64,000 bases of DNA, taken from Octopus vulgaris. Taxonomy: Eukaryota. A model generated the notes under the pieces. It was not told where the DNA came from. It ran no database searches and saw only the letters and a list, made by a program, of their open reading frames with translations. Every line of letters starts with the position of its first letter. The stretch's first letter is position 1. The stretch is from assembly GCA_951406725.2 (NCBI GenBank), contig OX597820.1, forward strand, positions 104,470,001-104,534,000. The letters run 5' to 3'. This document shows, in pieces, positions 12,244 through 25,519 of this stretch. A program made the position numbers and the translations under genes.

Positions 12244-13109
12244 AATACGGTAAATGATTTAGCCCATAATCTCTCGTTTTTAGGGGTTCTTTTACGAGAA
12301 AAGGTTATCGGTCGTAAGACGTATGTTGACCGGCAGTGTTGACTGAAGTGTTTTCAATGGCCAGGGGAAGAGATACCTTCTTCGAAAATCCCCTTAATGC
12401 TTTCAACTCAACGCCACTGTTTAGTACCATGACGGCTCTGATCAAGTAGAATTATGATGAAAAGCATCCCATTCTTTTGTGGGATATTTTCGATTACATC
12501 ATGTAATATATCATTATGTCCTTCCTTTTTTCTTAAGACAATATGTACTTCGAAGGAGATTTGGCTGTTATTTCCAGCACGGCAAATGACCGTGTAGAAG
12601 CTCTTTTGTAGGCTCGTTCTGTTGACTAGAGAACAATTCGTTTGTTTAAACAGCGATTCGTACTTTACATTCCAACAAGTCAATACATTATACGTCCATT
12701 GTATGAAACTTTAGTCCTGGAATTTCACAAAATCCAGTAAACCAGGAAACAAAATAGAAACAAGGAATGGCATTCTTCAACGTGTGAGTGTGGGGCGAGG
12801 GGTCATAGTTGGGGCGAGGGGGTCATAGTTAGAGCAAGGGAAATATAACATTTCTTTTAAAAGCAATTTTACTAACAACTTAACTTTAATTACACACTCG
12901 CTCACACATATTTGTATATTTATTTGTATACATACATACATATACATGTATATATGCATATATATACTTACTTGGAAATAAATGCGTGGCGTTCAATCAT
13001 ACAATAATATAAATAATATATAATATATACACGCATATATACATACATATATACATACATATATACATACATATATGTACATACTTACACATATATATGT
13101 GTGTATATA

Positions 13110-13280
13110 TGGGTACAGGACGTCATAAGACGTAAACAACAGGAAATACGAAATACGAAAACATAGAATACGAACTTTTTTGCGAGCAACAAAAGAAACA
13201 AATGGAAAACAAGACAAGTAACATAAAGAACGACCCTTCATCAGTTGTCGGCTGTTTATCTACTCCGCATTTCGAGCAAT
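13110..13280 (-). mobile_element. Interspersed repeat related to 8540-8713; carries a CTGATGA-AGGG motif
   Basis: Similar to the 8540 copy. Confidence 0.55.
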
Positions 13281-13564
13281 TACATGACCATTGGCCATCT
13301 TTCTTTTCCTAACTTGAGCTTCTTTCTTTCTTTTTGATCTGCCACACAGATCAGACGCATTCTTGTCTGTCTCCTCTCCTATATTTTATCCTGTCAAAGT
13401 TTGTTCCTCCAGCGTTCGCCACCTCACCTCGTTATGGCTTAGCAGCCCCTACTGTTTGTTTTCACTGTCCTGTTTTTGTTACCAGCTTTGACCCTCCGCA
13501 AATCCCAAATTTTATTTTGCTTTGCGGGAGTAACTGCTTTCTCGAAGACACATTTTGTCGTAAT

Positions 13565-13800
13565 TAAGGGTGTTGCAGTCACGATCGCGAAATCGTAGTT
13601 TCAATACCTGGACCGGGTGGTGCGTTATGTTGTGTTCCTGAGCAAAACACTTCATTTCACGTTGCTCTGCGATTACTTCGATGCTTGACGTGTGGTACAC
13701 TGAGCACTTGTTCAGGCAAGCGTGAACTAATGTACAGCACAAACATTTGGTTACTATAAACAAATCATTCGTGCAGGTTGTTCAGCAAGAAATTGCAGGT
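13565..13800 (+). mobile_element. SINE family C variant
   Basis: cacgatcg..aatcgtagtttcaatacctggaccggg...gtgttcctgagcaaaacacttcatttcacgttgctc. Confidence 0.75.
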
Positions 13801-14049
13801 CCATCTATCTCAGACGACGAGAGACTACCTAAAAAAGAAAAAAAATTGTCTCGATATAAAACAATATCAAACTACCTCCGTTCTAACTGCTCTTTTTTTC
13901 TTTTTTTTTTCCAGAAAAACGTATCCAACAGACAAGAGGCTCCAGAATGAAATACCAAACATATCAGACAGTGAGTAATGTAACTTCTGTTTGCTTTTCA
14001 TTTACTTTCTTGCCATTTATCTATATTTTCGCGCGCACACACACACATG

Positions 14050-14104
<55 letters not shown>

Positions 14105-15469
14105 TGCCCAAACTGAAATGCTGGAGTTATTTCATTTTTTCCAGAAAAATGTCTTTTTAAAAGTTATAGAGGTTTAATCATTTTGATCATTTTCACCCAG
14201 TCAGGAAAAAGGCTTTGTAATCTACCGTTTTCTGTGTGACTGCACATTTTGTCAACATCCTGAAAATAGCATCGTATTGTCAATATTAGTAAACACCACT
14301 TGTTATGTCCTTGGTAATTTTCTTTCATATAAATAAATCTTATTTAGCTGTTACTTTTGGCATGAAAGTTCTCCGGTAATTTTTTTTCTTGTAAAAAAAA
14401 TGTTTATGTTAATTTAAAGCACAAAACCAGTTAGTTTTAAATCATTGAGAGAGATGTTGGCAAATAAATTTTAATTTAAAAGCTTCATCCAAAAAATCTT
14501 ATTTAGCTGTTAATTTTAGCACACTTCGCAACCACCTCAATGCTCAATGATAAAAAGAAACAAACATTAAACAAACAATTTAAATATATCTAATTACAAT
14601 TTAAATATGCATACAGAAAAACCTGTCTGGTCTCGCGATACATTCCTCCGAAAACCCAAAGCTCAAGTAGGACCCTTCCTTGGTTGAGTGCCGTCAACAC
14701 GTGCTTCCTCGCAGACTTTTCAAAGACTGTTACTGTGGCAACAGGCAAAAGAGTTCTTGTTACTATCGAAACAGACTTGAATGTGTCTGTGGCTTACGAT
14801 TGGCTAAAATAAATAAAATTTTTAAACTTTAATTACTAATAACTCTTTATTGATTTATAACGAAAATTACTTTCACGTCATTAATTAGCCTATAAAAGTG
14901 TATCATTACACTGAAAATGGAATCAATTCGAAAAGAAAATTGACACTCGCCCCTCCTTAATTCTTCTGTCCCTCTGCCTCTACTTCTCTCTCTTCTCTTC
15001 CCACGTGGCCCGCGTTCGGCCAAGCCTGATCTTTCTTTCTTGGTCTGGCCGTGCAACATCTATATTCCTCCCTGTGCCTGTGAAAACTTGTATCCCTGCC
15101 GTAAGGCTTTATTACCACACACGCCAGCTTAATTTAATTCGTCCTTACACGAAAGACACCTGTTGTTTTGTCCTGGTATTATTTTTATTGCGTTTGTGTA
15201 ACATTGTCCGTTTTTTCCCCATCCTTGTTTTTGTATACATTCGCTGCTTCCTTCCAAGGAAACTAATGCTCTTAGCTTAGTTTTTCCTTGGGGCTAGTCA
15301 GATTGGAGCAATCTCGAGTATAACCAGCCGAAATTGCGGAGATAATCTGGTAATCGACTGAAGAAAGAAAACTTCGAATGACCCGTCCTTGGTTTCTTTG
15401 TATCGTCTATCAGGATGTTTTCTTGTATCACTTAACTGTCCGGATGTTTTGTGTTCTTGTCCTATTTTG

Positions 15470-15500
<31 letters not shown>

Positions 15501-15581
15501 CTTCGATGTAGCGATTGACTTTTACTTTTTAGTATAGTTACTACTCTATTTCTGGAGATTTTACAACTCGCTATTTGCTTT

Positions 15582-15615
<34 letters not shown>

Positions 15616-16142
15616 TGTATGTATGTATGTATGTATGTATGTATGTATTGTCAGTGATGTGTATTCTGAGAATCTTCCGTCAAGTAGTTGTAGTAGTAGT
15701 AGAGATACAGAGTGGACAATCCTTGACAATATTCCATTGGATGTGGAATATTTTTGAGTGAAACCTTGTCAAGCAGAGATGGCTTCTTTCTATTTATTTA
15801 TTTATTTACCTGCCGTTGCTGCAGTTTGGATTATTTTTGAGTCCCAAATGTGTTTATGCGTGCGTGAACGCTTATTCGCGCGCGTGTGTGTGTGTGTGTT
15901 GTGATTGTTGTTTCTATTCATGTTTGTCTGTCAGGGCTCGTATGGGTTCCCTATAATAACTCAGAACAATGTAACTGAAATTCAGTATACGGGAGCCATC
16001 AGGTACATATCAGCTCATAATAAACAGATTTCTCTTCCACTGCTGATACACATAAACAAGCATACACATACGTATGCACAATCATATGTATATACACACA
16101 CATGTCGTCGCACACATACACACATATATATCATACATACCA

Positions 16143-16372
16143 GCGGCGAGCTGGCAGAAGCGTTGGCACGCCGGGTGAAATGCGTAGCCGTAATTCGTCT
16201 GCCGTTACGTTCTGAGTTCAAATTCCACCGAGGTCGACATTGCTTTTCATCCTTTCGGGTCAATAAATTAAGTACCAGTTACGCACTGGGGTTTGATGTA
16301 ATCGACTTAATCCGTTTGTCTGTCCTTGTTTGTCCCCTCTGTGTTTAGCCCCTTTGTGGGTAGTAAAGAAAT
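16143..16372 (+). mobile_element. SINE family B, tail type 1 (Tx1-like 3' end), full length
   Basis: Head gcggcgagctggcagaag, Nin/Deu-like core cttttcatcctttcgggtcaataaattaagtacc, tail tttagcccctttgtgggtagtaaagaaat. Confidence 0.92.
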
Positions 16373-16400
16373 ATATATAACATACATACCATATATACTT

Positions 16401-16712
16401 CATCTTTTATTTTTTACTTGTTTCCATCTTTAGACTGCGGCCATGCTGGGGCCTGGAGGAGTATTTAGTCGAACGAATCGATCTCAGTACTTTTTGAAAG
16501 TCTGGTACTTATTCTATCGTAAAAAAACCCAGCACACGCATACACATATTCGACGTGCTTCTTTCAGTTTCCCTCTACCAAATCACCTCACAAGGCTTTG
16601 GTCAGCCCGGGGCTATACTAGAAGACAGTATCCCAAAGTGCCACGCAGTGGAACTAAGCTAGGAACCATGTAGTTGGAAAGCAAACTTCTTACCATTCAG
16701 CCACGCCCGCGC
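16401..16712 (-). mobile_element. SINE family A, internally deleted
   Basis: Reverse-complement head and tail are both present. Confidence 0.8.
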
Positions 16713-16762
16713 ATATATACATACATACATACATACATACATACATACATACATACATACAT

Positions 16763-16797
<35 letters not shown>

Positions 16798-16939
16798 TGT
16801 ATATATATATATATATACACTGGGTAAAAATTATCAAACTTTAAACCTCTGTAATATTTTCTAAAATTTTTCCGGAACTAGTGAACAACATCAGATTCAG
16901 CGTGAAAAACTACATTAATATACCTAATCTGAAAATTTT

Positions 16940-17298
16940 CACATGCTTCCGGATTCAGTCCCACTGTGTGGCACCTTGGGCAAGTGTCTTCTAGTATAAC
17001 CTCGGGCCGACCAAAGCCTTGTGAGTGGATTTGGTAGACGGAAACTGAAAGAAGCCCGTCGTGTATATGTATATATATGTATGTGTGTGTATATGTTTGT
17101 ATGTCTGTATTTGTCCCCCCAACATCGCTTGACAACAGATGCTGGTGTGTTTATGTCCCCGTAACTTAGCGGTTTATCAAGAGAGACCGATAGAATAAGT
17201 ACTAGGCTTCCAAAGAATAAGTCCTGGGGTCGATTTGCTTGACTAAAGGCGGTGCTTAAGCATGGCCACAGTCAAATGACTGAAACAAATAAAAGAGA
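16940..17298 (+). mobile_element. SINE family A, 5'-truncated
   Basis: Matches the 9871 copy from ttccgg.ttcagtccc onward. Confidence 0.9.
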
Positions 17299-17784
17299 TC
17301 CTAGAAAGATGACAGGATTAGTTGGCCATGACGTGATTTGAACTGAAAACGAAAGGCGCTGGAAAACCACCACAAGCTATTATTGTCCTGCACTCTAACG
17401 ATTCTGCCAACTGCTGTTGTTTAAAATGACACACGCTGACTCAGTGACGAATTTACAATGAACCAGTTCCTGTGTATATATATGTATATATATGTGTGTG
17501 TGTGTGTGTATGACCTGTCTTCAAGGTTGAATCAGGTGAAACCAACCTCTTGAAAACGTGTTTGTCGTTAATGGCGACCATATTGTTTCGGGTTTGTTTC
17601 AGTAAAAAAAAAAATAGTTTTAATAACGTGAGAGGGAGAAAATATTAAACGTCGAAGATATTGTTGTTGCTATCATTGCCGTTGTTGTCACTACTATTGT
17701 TGTTGCTGTGTGTGTTGCAGTATGGGCATTGGTGGTGGTGGTCGTAATAGAGCAGTCACATGTTTTATGGGTGATGTTTATTGA

Positions 17785-18340
17785 GGTGCTTTCTCTTCCT
17801 CTTTCTTCCGTCTTTTCCTAAACACCTTCTTTTTTCTGACTTGATCATTCTTCTTTCCCTTGGCTTCTTTTCTTTCTTTTCCTTACTTCTATCTTCCTTT
17901 TTATTATTCTTTCTTTTATTTCTTTTTTGTTCATGTCATTTTCCTTCCTTTTCCTTTTCCTTGTTTAGTTTCTACTTGTCCTGTCGTCTCTTGCTGCTCT
18001 TTCTCTTTTTTATCTTCTATCTGCAACTTGTTGTTCTTGCTCTCCCCTCTGCCCCTTCATCTTGCACCTCTTCTGACTCCTCTTCCTCTTCTCTTCTCAT
18101 CTCTTGTTCCTCTTCTTCCACCTCTTACCCCTCCTTCTCCTCACCTTCCACTTCTCTCTCCTCCTCCTTTTCTTCTTTTTTTCTTCCTTTCGTTCTTTCT
18201 TTTTTATTCCTGTTTCTCTTCTTCTTCTTCTCCTCCTTTTTCTTCTTCTTCTCCTCCTCCCCCTCCCCCTCCTCGTTCTTCTTCTTCTTCTTCTTCTTCT
18301 TCTTCTTCTTCTTCTTCTTCTTCTTCTTCTTCTTCTTGCT
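17785..18340. repeat. Long polypyrimidine tract ending in (TTC)n
   Basis: Seen directly in the sequence. Confidence 0.9.
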
Positions 18341-18557
18341 GTTGTTTTCCTTAATCCCTATAGCCATTATTGTCATTATATAGCTTGTTTTAATCCTATA
18401 AATATCAGTCCCCTTTTTCCAAAATTTCTTATGGACCTTGTGAGAAAGCCACGTGTTCGACATCATTTTCATCCATACTTGCGTCATAAATTTATTCTAT
18501 TAACAACCCCCACCCACCTCGATTTTGGGGGTTAATAGAATAAATACCAGCCATATA

Positions 18558-18730
18558 ATATTCTTTCTACTATAGGTACAAGGCCTGAAATTTTGTGGGA
18601 GAAATTTTGTGGGAGAAATTTTGTGGACTCCAGGGCGCAACTGGTATTTAATTTATCGACCCCGAAAAGATGAAAGGCAAAATCGATCTCGGCGGAATTT
18701 GAACTCAGAACGCAGCGGCAGACGAAATAC
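18558..18730 (-). mobile_element. SINE family B, tail type 2
   Basis: Tail ttctttctactataggtacaaggcctgaaattt plus the core. Confidence 0.82.
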
Positions 18731-18732
18731 CT

Positions 18733-18958
18733 ATTTCTTTACTACCCACAAGGGGCTAAACACAGAGGGGGCGAACAAGGACAAACGGATTAATTCGATA
18801 CCATCGATCCCAGTGCGTAACTAGTACTTAATTTATTGACCTCGAAAGGATGAAAGGCAAAGTCGACCTGGGCGGAATTTGAACTCAGAGCGTAACGGCA
18901 AACGAAATACCACATAGCATTTCGCCCGGCGTGCTAACCTTTCTGCCAGCTCGCCGCC
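18733..18958 (-). mobile_element. SINE family B, tail type 1, full length
   Basis: atttctttactacccacaaggggctaaacacagag...ctgccagctcgccgcc. Confidence 0.92.
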
Positions 18959-19127
18959 TTACCAGTTATATAATATCGTCAGCTAATCAGCAGTACTATT
19001 CACATTCTAATTTACAATTTTGCATTATTGTAGAAATTATCATCGTAGGTTAGTAAACATGTATCAAATGCATTTGGCGTAAGTGACCGTTGAGTACATC
19101 TGGTTATCAGCCGAGTCGATGCTTAGT

Positions 19128-19715
19128 TTTGTGTATGTGTTCTTTATCTTTGTATATGTATTCCTTATCCTTGTGCATGTGTTCCTTATGTTCGTGTATG
19201 TGTTCCTGATCCTTGTGTATGCGTTCCGTATGTTTTTGTATGTGTTCCTTATCCTTGTGTATATGTTCCTTATTGTGTATGTGTTTTTTATGTTTCTGTG
19301 CATGTGTTCCTTATGCTCGTGTATGTGTTCCTTATGTTTGTGTATGTGTTCCTTATGCTTATGTTTGCACTATTTATCTTTGTGTATGTGTTCTTTATCT
19401 TTGCGCATTTGTTCCTTATCCTTTTGTATGTGTTCCTTATGTTTGTGTATGTGTTCCTTATGCTTCCGTATATTTTTGTATGTGTCCCTTACCCTTGTGT
19501 TAATGTGTTTCTCATCCTTATGTGTATGTGTTCCTTATGTTTGTGTGTATATGTTCCTTATTGTGTATATGTTTCTTACGCTCGTGTATGTTCCTTTTAC
19601 ATATATTTATATTCTTTATATTTGTGAATGTTTTCTTTATATTTGTGTACATGTTTCTTATCTTTGTATATCTGTTCCTTACCTTTGTGTATGTGTTCTT
19701 TATCCCTGTGTATAT
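19128..19715. repeat. Degenerate ~21-bp minisatellite (consensus approx. tgtgtatgtgttccttat(g/c)(t/c)t)
   Basis: Periodic recurrence; the ORFs show a 7-aa period (FVYVFLM / RNTYTRI). Confidence 0.9.
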
Positions 19716-19796
19716 GGTCCTTGTGACAATCACTCTCACAAGCTTCCTTTGGCAAGGAAAGACATGCATTTTGCTTTTTTCTGGTGTCTCCGTTGA

Positions 19797-19987
19797 GACA
19801 AACAAGGACAGACAAACGGATTAAGTCGATTATATCGACCCCAGTGCGTAACTGGTACTTATTTGATCGACCCCGAAAGGATGAAAGGCAAAGTCGACCT
19901 CGGCGGAATTTGAACTCAGAACGTAGCGACAGACGAAATAGCGCTAGGCATTTCGCCCGGCGTGCTAACGTTTCTGCCAGATCGCCG
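19797..19987 (-). mobile_element. SINE family B, tail type 1 (extreme tail missing)
   Basis: Near-identical to other B copies. Confidence 0.9.
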
Positions 19988-19997
19988 TCACACACAC

Positions 19998-20130
19998 AGT
20001 TTCTGTCTACCAAATCCGCTCGCAAGGTTATATAGTAGAAGACACTTGCCCAAGGTGCTACGCAGTGTGACTGAACCCGGAACCATGTGATTGGTAAGCA
20101 AGCTACTTACCACACAGCCACTCCTACGCC
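19998..20130 (-). mobile_element. SINE family A, 5' part
   Basis: gacacttgcccaaggtgc...cacacagccactcctacgcc. Confidence 0.88.
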
Positions 20131-20940
20131 TTAATTGCTGAAAAGAAAAAGGTTGCACCTGCAAATACCGTAAGCTGCAAATATTTAGTCAAGAAGAATA
20201 ACCGTGGCTTTCAGTTGTTTATTTTCAATTTCCTGTCATGAAGAATTAATTATAACAGATTTATGCGCAGAAGGACAATGAAGTTGTAATAAATTACTTG
20301 TGCGCATGCCCCTTTGTGCCTGGAGGAGTTTGATTGATGTGTGAGCATGCATTTGTGTTTCTGTCTTTGCATGTGTGTATGTGTGTGTGTGTGTGTTTGT
20401 GTGTGCATATGTGTGTGCGTATGTATGCAGTGTATGATTTGTTCTGATATGTGTTTGTATATACCAGTATGTTTTATGTGTGTGTGCGTGTATGTGCGTG
20501 TGTGTGTGTGTATTCACACCGTGCGATCTACTTGAGAAATAGGTAAGTAAAAACATACACACCACGCCCAAAATGCATAGGCACGTCTGTGTGTGTGTGT
20601 GTGTGTGTGCGTGTGCGTGTGCGTGTGCGTGTGTGTGTGTGCGTATGCGTGTGCGCTTGTGTGTGTGTGTGTGTGTGAAAACGTGTTTTTCGTACGGAAT
20701 GAACTGAATATTTCAAGAAAATGAAAGCTAGTAATTACTATTCCAACATATTTCGCGGAATCTTTGTTGAAGACATCGTCTCCTATGTGAAGTTCTGAGA
20801 ACGAGTAGCGTTGTCAGAATCCATCCTACTCCAAACTACATACATGCGCGCACGCACACACACACACACACACAAACGGAAGCACGCGCACGCACACGCT
20901 TGCACGCTACAGTACGTTCGCACGAACGTGTATATTGTCT

Positions 20941-21107
20941 ATTTCTTTACTACCCACAAGGGGCTAAACACAGAGAGGACAGACAAACGGATTAAGTCGA
21001 TTATATCGACCCCAGTGCGTAACTGGTACTTATTTAATCGACCCCGAAAGGATGAAAGGCAAAGTCGACCTCGGCGGAATTTGAACTCAGAATGTAGCGG
21101 CAGGCGA
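20941..21107 (-). mobile_element. SINE family B, tail type 1, 5'-truncated
   Basis: Tail and core present. Flanked by the direct repeat cgaacgtgtatattgtc, a likely TSD. Confidence 0.9.
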
Positions 21108-21301
21108 ACGTGTATATTGTCATTGGTTTAAACCCCCCACTCCATGCTCATCATACACCAAGTAGACTTACGTTCAAACATGTTCCAGCAGTGACCAGTC
21201 GGCCTATAATTAATTATTCAGCCATAATGTATTTAGGGCTAGACTATATAATCCAAGATACATTATCTCTTCCCGTATTTTTTTAAAGCCCTTGAGGTGT
21301 G

Positions 21302-22134
21302 GGCGGAGGTAAAGAATGTGTACACCACCCGTTTCGAGGGGATTTTTTTTTTCAAAAATGTTTTCGGATATAGGAGAATATGATTTTGCCCCCAAATCAC
21401 GTTTCCAAAATTATATTTTCCCCTCCACCCCCACCCCACCCCACCCCAATTTCTTAATTTTAAACTTTTTTTCGAATTTTTTTTAATCCACGTGGAAAAA
21501 TACAGAGATTACGAATCTGGGATTTTAAAAAAAACCTTTTAAAATTTTTCCGAATTTTTTTTTTTTTTAATCCACGTAGAAAAATAGAGATTACGAATCT
21601 CCAAGAATTTTAAAAAGAATTTTTCTCCATCCGTCAACTCCGAACGTTTTATTTTTAGCTTTTTTGAAAGCGAGGAAGTTTTTTCAGAAACAATGTCGTT
21701 TTGGTGTTATTTCTAGCATGTCGGGATTTCTGGTAGTGGTCTGATATTTACAACGTCAGTTATTTCAATAGAATTCTACGCATGCGTGAAACATCAATTG
21801 AAAGTTAAACATTCTGAGTTATTATTTTTTTTTGAAAGTAGTGGAGGAGGGGATTGATGGGTGGATGATGGGTGGGGCGGAAGAGACATTGCGTGTTTCT
21901 TAGAGAAAAATTTTTTTTTAAATTCCCAGATTCGTAATCTCTGTATTTTTCTCCGTGGATTAAAAAATATTTCGAAGAAAAGTTAAAAATTAAGAAATTG
22001 GGGTGGGACGGGGAAAATTATGATTTTTTAGGCAAAATCGTATTCTCCTACATCGAAAACATAGAAATCTGAAAAAAATTTTTTTTTAAATCCCCCCCCG
22101 TAAACGGGTGATGTACACATTCTGTACCTCCGCT
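21302..22134. mobile_element. Non-autonomous foldback DNA transposon with long (>200 bp) TIRs
   Basis: Ends ggcggaggtaaagaatgtgtacaccacccgttt / aaacgggtgatgtacacattctgtacctccgc. Subterminal tccacg...gagattacgaatct units are mirrored. Flanks gaggtgtg / gggatgtg match at 6/8. Confidence 0.88.
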
Positions 22135-22609
22135 GGGATGTGATTTCAGGGAGACTTGGCTAATACTTCCATCAAATTGAATGGCCATACATATATAGGT
22201 AGATACACCCTTGTCAACTTGTGTATGTATGTGTGTGTGGTCAGGTCTGTAAATGTCTGAGGCGATAATGTTTTGTTACTAAAGCGACACCAATTCGGTT
22301 TTTGCTTTTCAGTCTTTTCATTATCTATCGGCAAGAAACCACCTTACAAAGTGATTTGGACTCAAGGGAGGAGAGACAAACTATTTGGAATAAAAAATTA
22401 TATTTATTACCAATAATGTTTTAAGTTCTATTTATTCGTGTCTGTAATTACTCAAACCAATACATACATACATGCATATGTACGTAAGTATATATATATA
22501 TGTATGTATGTATGTATTTATGTATGTATTTATTTATGTATGTATGTATGTATGTATGTATGTATGTACATATATATATATATATATATGTACATACATA
22601 CATACATAC

Positions 22610-22648
<39 letters not shown>

Positions 22649-22649
<1 letters not shown>

Positions 22650-22952
22650 TAGCAGTATCGCCCGGCGTTGCTCGAATTTGTAAGGGAAATAACTATATAA
22701 GCATTTTTAGAGAGTTACTTCCCTTATATAACCCGAGCAGAAATCATTAATAATGCGGAAAAATGATGGTAAATTTTTTTTTAAATCGTAGACTCATCGT
22801 AGACTCGCGCTAATACCCAGAAGGGCTCGATATGAATGACGACTATAAGATACCCGCTTTTAGTTAAACTGCACCGCAAAATGTGGGAGTAGTTAGGAAT
22901 CTAAATCGGAGGAGACAGAGTCTCACACACACAACTTCAATTTTATATATAA

Positions 22953-22955
<3 letters not shown>
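22649..22955 (-). mobile_element. Non-autonomous Helitron
   Basis: Minus strand reads A|TCTTTATATATAAAA ... cgagcaacgccgggcgatactgCTAG|T: TC start, subterminal GC-rich hairpin, CTAG end, A|T target, no TSD. Confidence 0.85.
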
Positions 22956-23003
<48 letters not shown>

Positions 23004-23053
23004 CGGCATCACCGCAATACATGTAAATATATACGAACAAGAGAGTAAAGATT

Positions 23054-23574
23054 AACATAATATGGCTGTCCTGGTTAAGACGAGTTGCTACTGTTATTTA
23101 GCTCATGGAAGCATCGTCTCCAGTGGTTATACGACACACTAATCTGCGTCGCAAATAGTCTTTACTCTAGAGTACTGTTACTGAATGTCTCTCGTTCAGA
23201 GATTTATAAATAATAATTTTCTATTTATTAGATCAGTGATTGTGTGTCACTTTGAAAAGTATATATTTCGAACAAGAGTTTAGTGGCGCCATCTCTAACC
23301 GAGCAGTTATTCTGTGCTGATGAAGAGAAATAACCCTGAAATCATTGCTACGCAGATATAGTTTTGAACTGAGTGGGGACGTTAAACTCCCTTGTTCGAA
23401 AATATAAGGACGCAGATAATGTGTCGTATTGCCAGCTGGAGACGATGTTTCCTGGGGTTAAATAACAGCAACAATCGTCGTAACCAGGACTACCATATTA
23501 TGTTGGAAAATGATCTTTACTCTAGAGTACTGTTACTGAATCTCTCGTTCAGAAATTTAGAAATAATAATTTTT
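23054..23574 (+). mobile_element. Penelope-like non-coding element (inverted plus direct terminal duplications)
   Basis: Inverted repeat 23054-23150 / 23409-23504, direct repeat 23159-23220 / 23514-23574, and an internal hammerhead motif. Confidence 0.7.
23311..23356 (+). ncRNA. Type I hammerhead ribozyme motif (slightly degenerate)
   Basis: TCTGTG-CTGATGA-AGAG(AAATAA)CCCT-GAAA-TCATTGC-TA^CGCAGA. Stem I has 6 bp; stems II and III each have one mismatch. Confidence 0.7.
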
Positions 23575-23629
<55 letters not shown>

Positions 23630-23632
23630 ATG

Positions 23633-23713
<81 letters not shown>

Positions 23714-24152
23714 GATTATTAGAAGACAGCTTCTCCTGGTCACGTGAATGTAACACTATATTGCTGCGTTTGTCATCAATTATTGCTGGACGTCATCGAC
23801 ACAAATCAATATGAAATGTCCGAGACTAATCCATATCAGATCATAAGTATTTTATGAACGGCAAATTTCCAGTGACTATTGAGGAGATGGTAAGAGGGAG
23901 CGGAGCAGAGTTCCCAGTGGAACAGGTGGGGAGTGTGGTTGATACAATGAAATGGGGATAATGTGGTTGTTGCTGTTATTGTTGGCGCTGGTGGTGGTAG
24001 TGGTGGTGTTGTTATATAGCCCCAGGTCAGCCCTAGTTAAGCAGACCTATGAGCGGACACGTATGAACATCTAGAGACAGACGGGCGGACGAACGGACAG
24101 CCAGACAAACAGACAGGCTGATAGATAGACAGACAGACAGACAGGTAGATAG

Positions 24153-24226
<74 letters not shown>

Positions 24227-24234
24227 CGTATATG

Positions 24235-24347
24235 TGTGGCTATGCTGTAGAGGCTTGTTTCGCAAGCACCTGGTTCAGTGTCACTGCCTGACGCCTTGGG
24301 CAAGTATCTTCTATTACAGCCCCAGGGCATGTAAAGCCTCATGAGCG
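24235..24347 (+). mobile_element. SINE family A head, diverged
   Basis: ggttcagtgtcactg...ccttgggcaagtatcttctattacagcc. Confidence 0.7.
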
Positions 24348-24361
24348 GCAGTGATAAATAT

Positions 24362-24580
24362 ATTTCTTTATTGCCCACCAGGGGTTAAACACAGAGTGGA
24401 CAAACAAGGACAGGCATAGGTATTAAGTCGATTACATCGATCCCAGTGCGTAACTGGTACTTAATTTATCGACCCCGAAAGGATGAAAGGCAAAGTCGAC
24501 CTCGGCGGAATTTGAACTCACGACGTAACGACAGACGAAATACGGCTACGCATTTCGCCCGGCCTGCTAACGTTTCTGCC
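24362..24580 (-). mobile_element. SINE family B, tail type 1
   Basis: atttctttattgcccaccaggggttaaacacagag plus core and head. Confidence 0.9.
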
Positions 24581-24842
24581 GTGATAAATAGAAAAGTGCT
24601 TATAGCCCACCAGCACTTGCGGTTTGTTTATATCCCTAAAATTTTGTGGTTCGTATATGAGAACGAAAGAATAAGTACAAATACTTTTTAAGAAATAGGT
24701 ATTCGGGTTAATTCATTCGACTAAAAATTCTTTAAGGCGGTACCCCAACATGGCCGCAATCCATTTTCCCAAATTTTAAGACCCAAAAATTAAGAGATTC
24801 CTTATACACGTTAAAATACGGTATACACACACACAAACACAA

Positions 24843-24879
<37 letters not shown>

Positions 24880-25519
24880 CATACACACATGCACACTCAA
24901 ACACCTATTTAGATGCTTGAATGTGTGTGTAAATGTTTATGTTGAAACTGAAACGATTGGTGTGCAAGTGTTTTAACAGCCATTCAAAGCCCGCGAACGC
25001 ACACACGCACATACGCATACACACACACATACATAGTCACATGCAAAATCATGTGACATATACGCACGCTATCGCGATATCGATGTACACTATGAAGTGC
25101 GAAACGGTTTCGTCGTACATATGCGATTGAGTCACTGACAGAATTCCAAACTTTACGTTTCTGTTTGCCGAATGAAGTTGGGACCTAGGGGGATGGTGTC
25201 TTCTTTTAACATTCTTGGCTAAGCTTTTTCGTGAAATTTCCAGGAGAATGATCCAACGCAGTCGCTTGGTTTGCTAAAAACAGCAGCAATTTCTCACTGA
25301 GATCTACCGCTTTTAAAAAAATCTAAGAATACAATAATGTAATAAAGCTTTATTATTTTTCAGTCATTTTTTTTAATCACATTTCTAATTATTTTGTTGA
25401 AAATGAAATTATAAAAATTATTTGTATACGGTTGCACATATGCACATGCACACACGTACACTCGTGCACACACCGCTCTCTCTCTCTCCCTCTCCCTCTC
25501 TCTCTGTATATGTGTGTGT

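Noticed and set aside
15352-15394. Hammerhead-like AATCGA-CTGAAGA-AAG..CTTC-GAAT...TTGGTT
   Set aside because: Stem I can pair, but GAAA is GAAT and the A15.1-U16.1 pair is missing. It may be a decayed copy but is not supportable alone.
19128-19715. CRISPR-like or coding repeat array
   Set aside because: Contiguous degenerate tandem units with no unique spacers, in a eukaryotic context.
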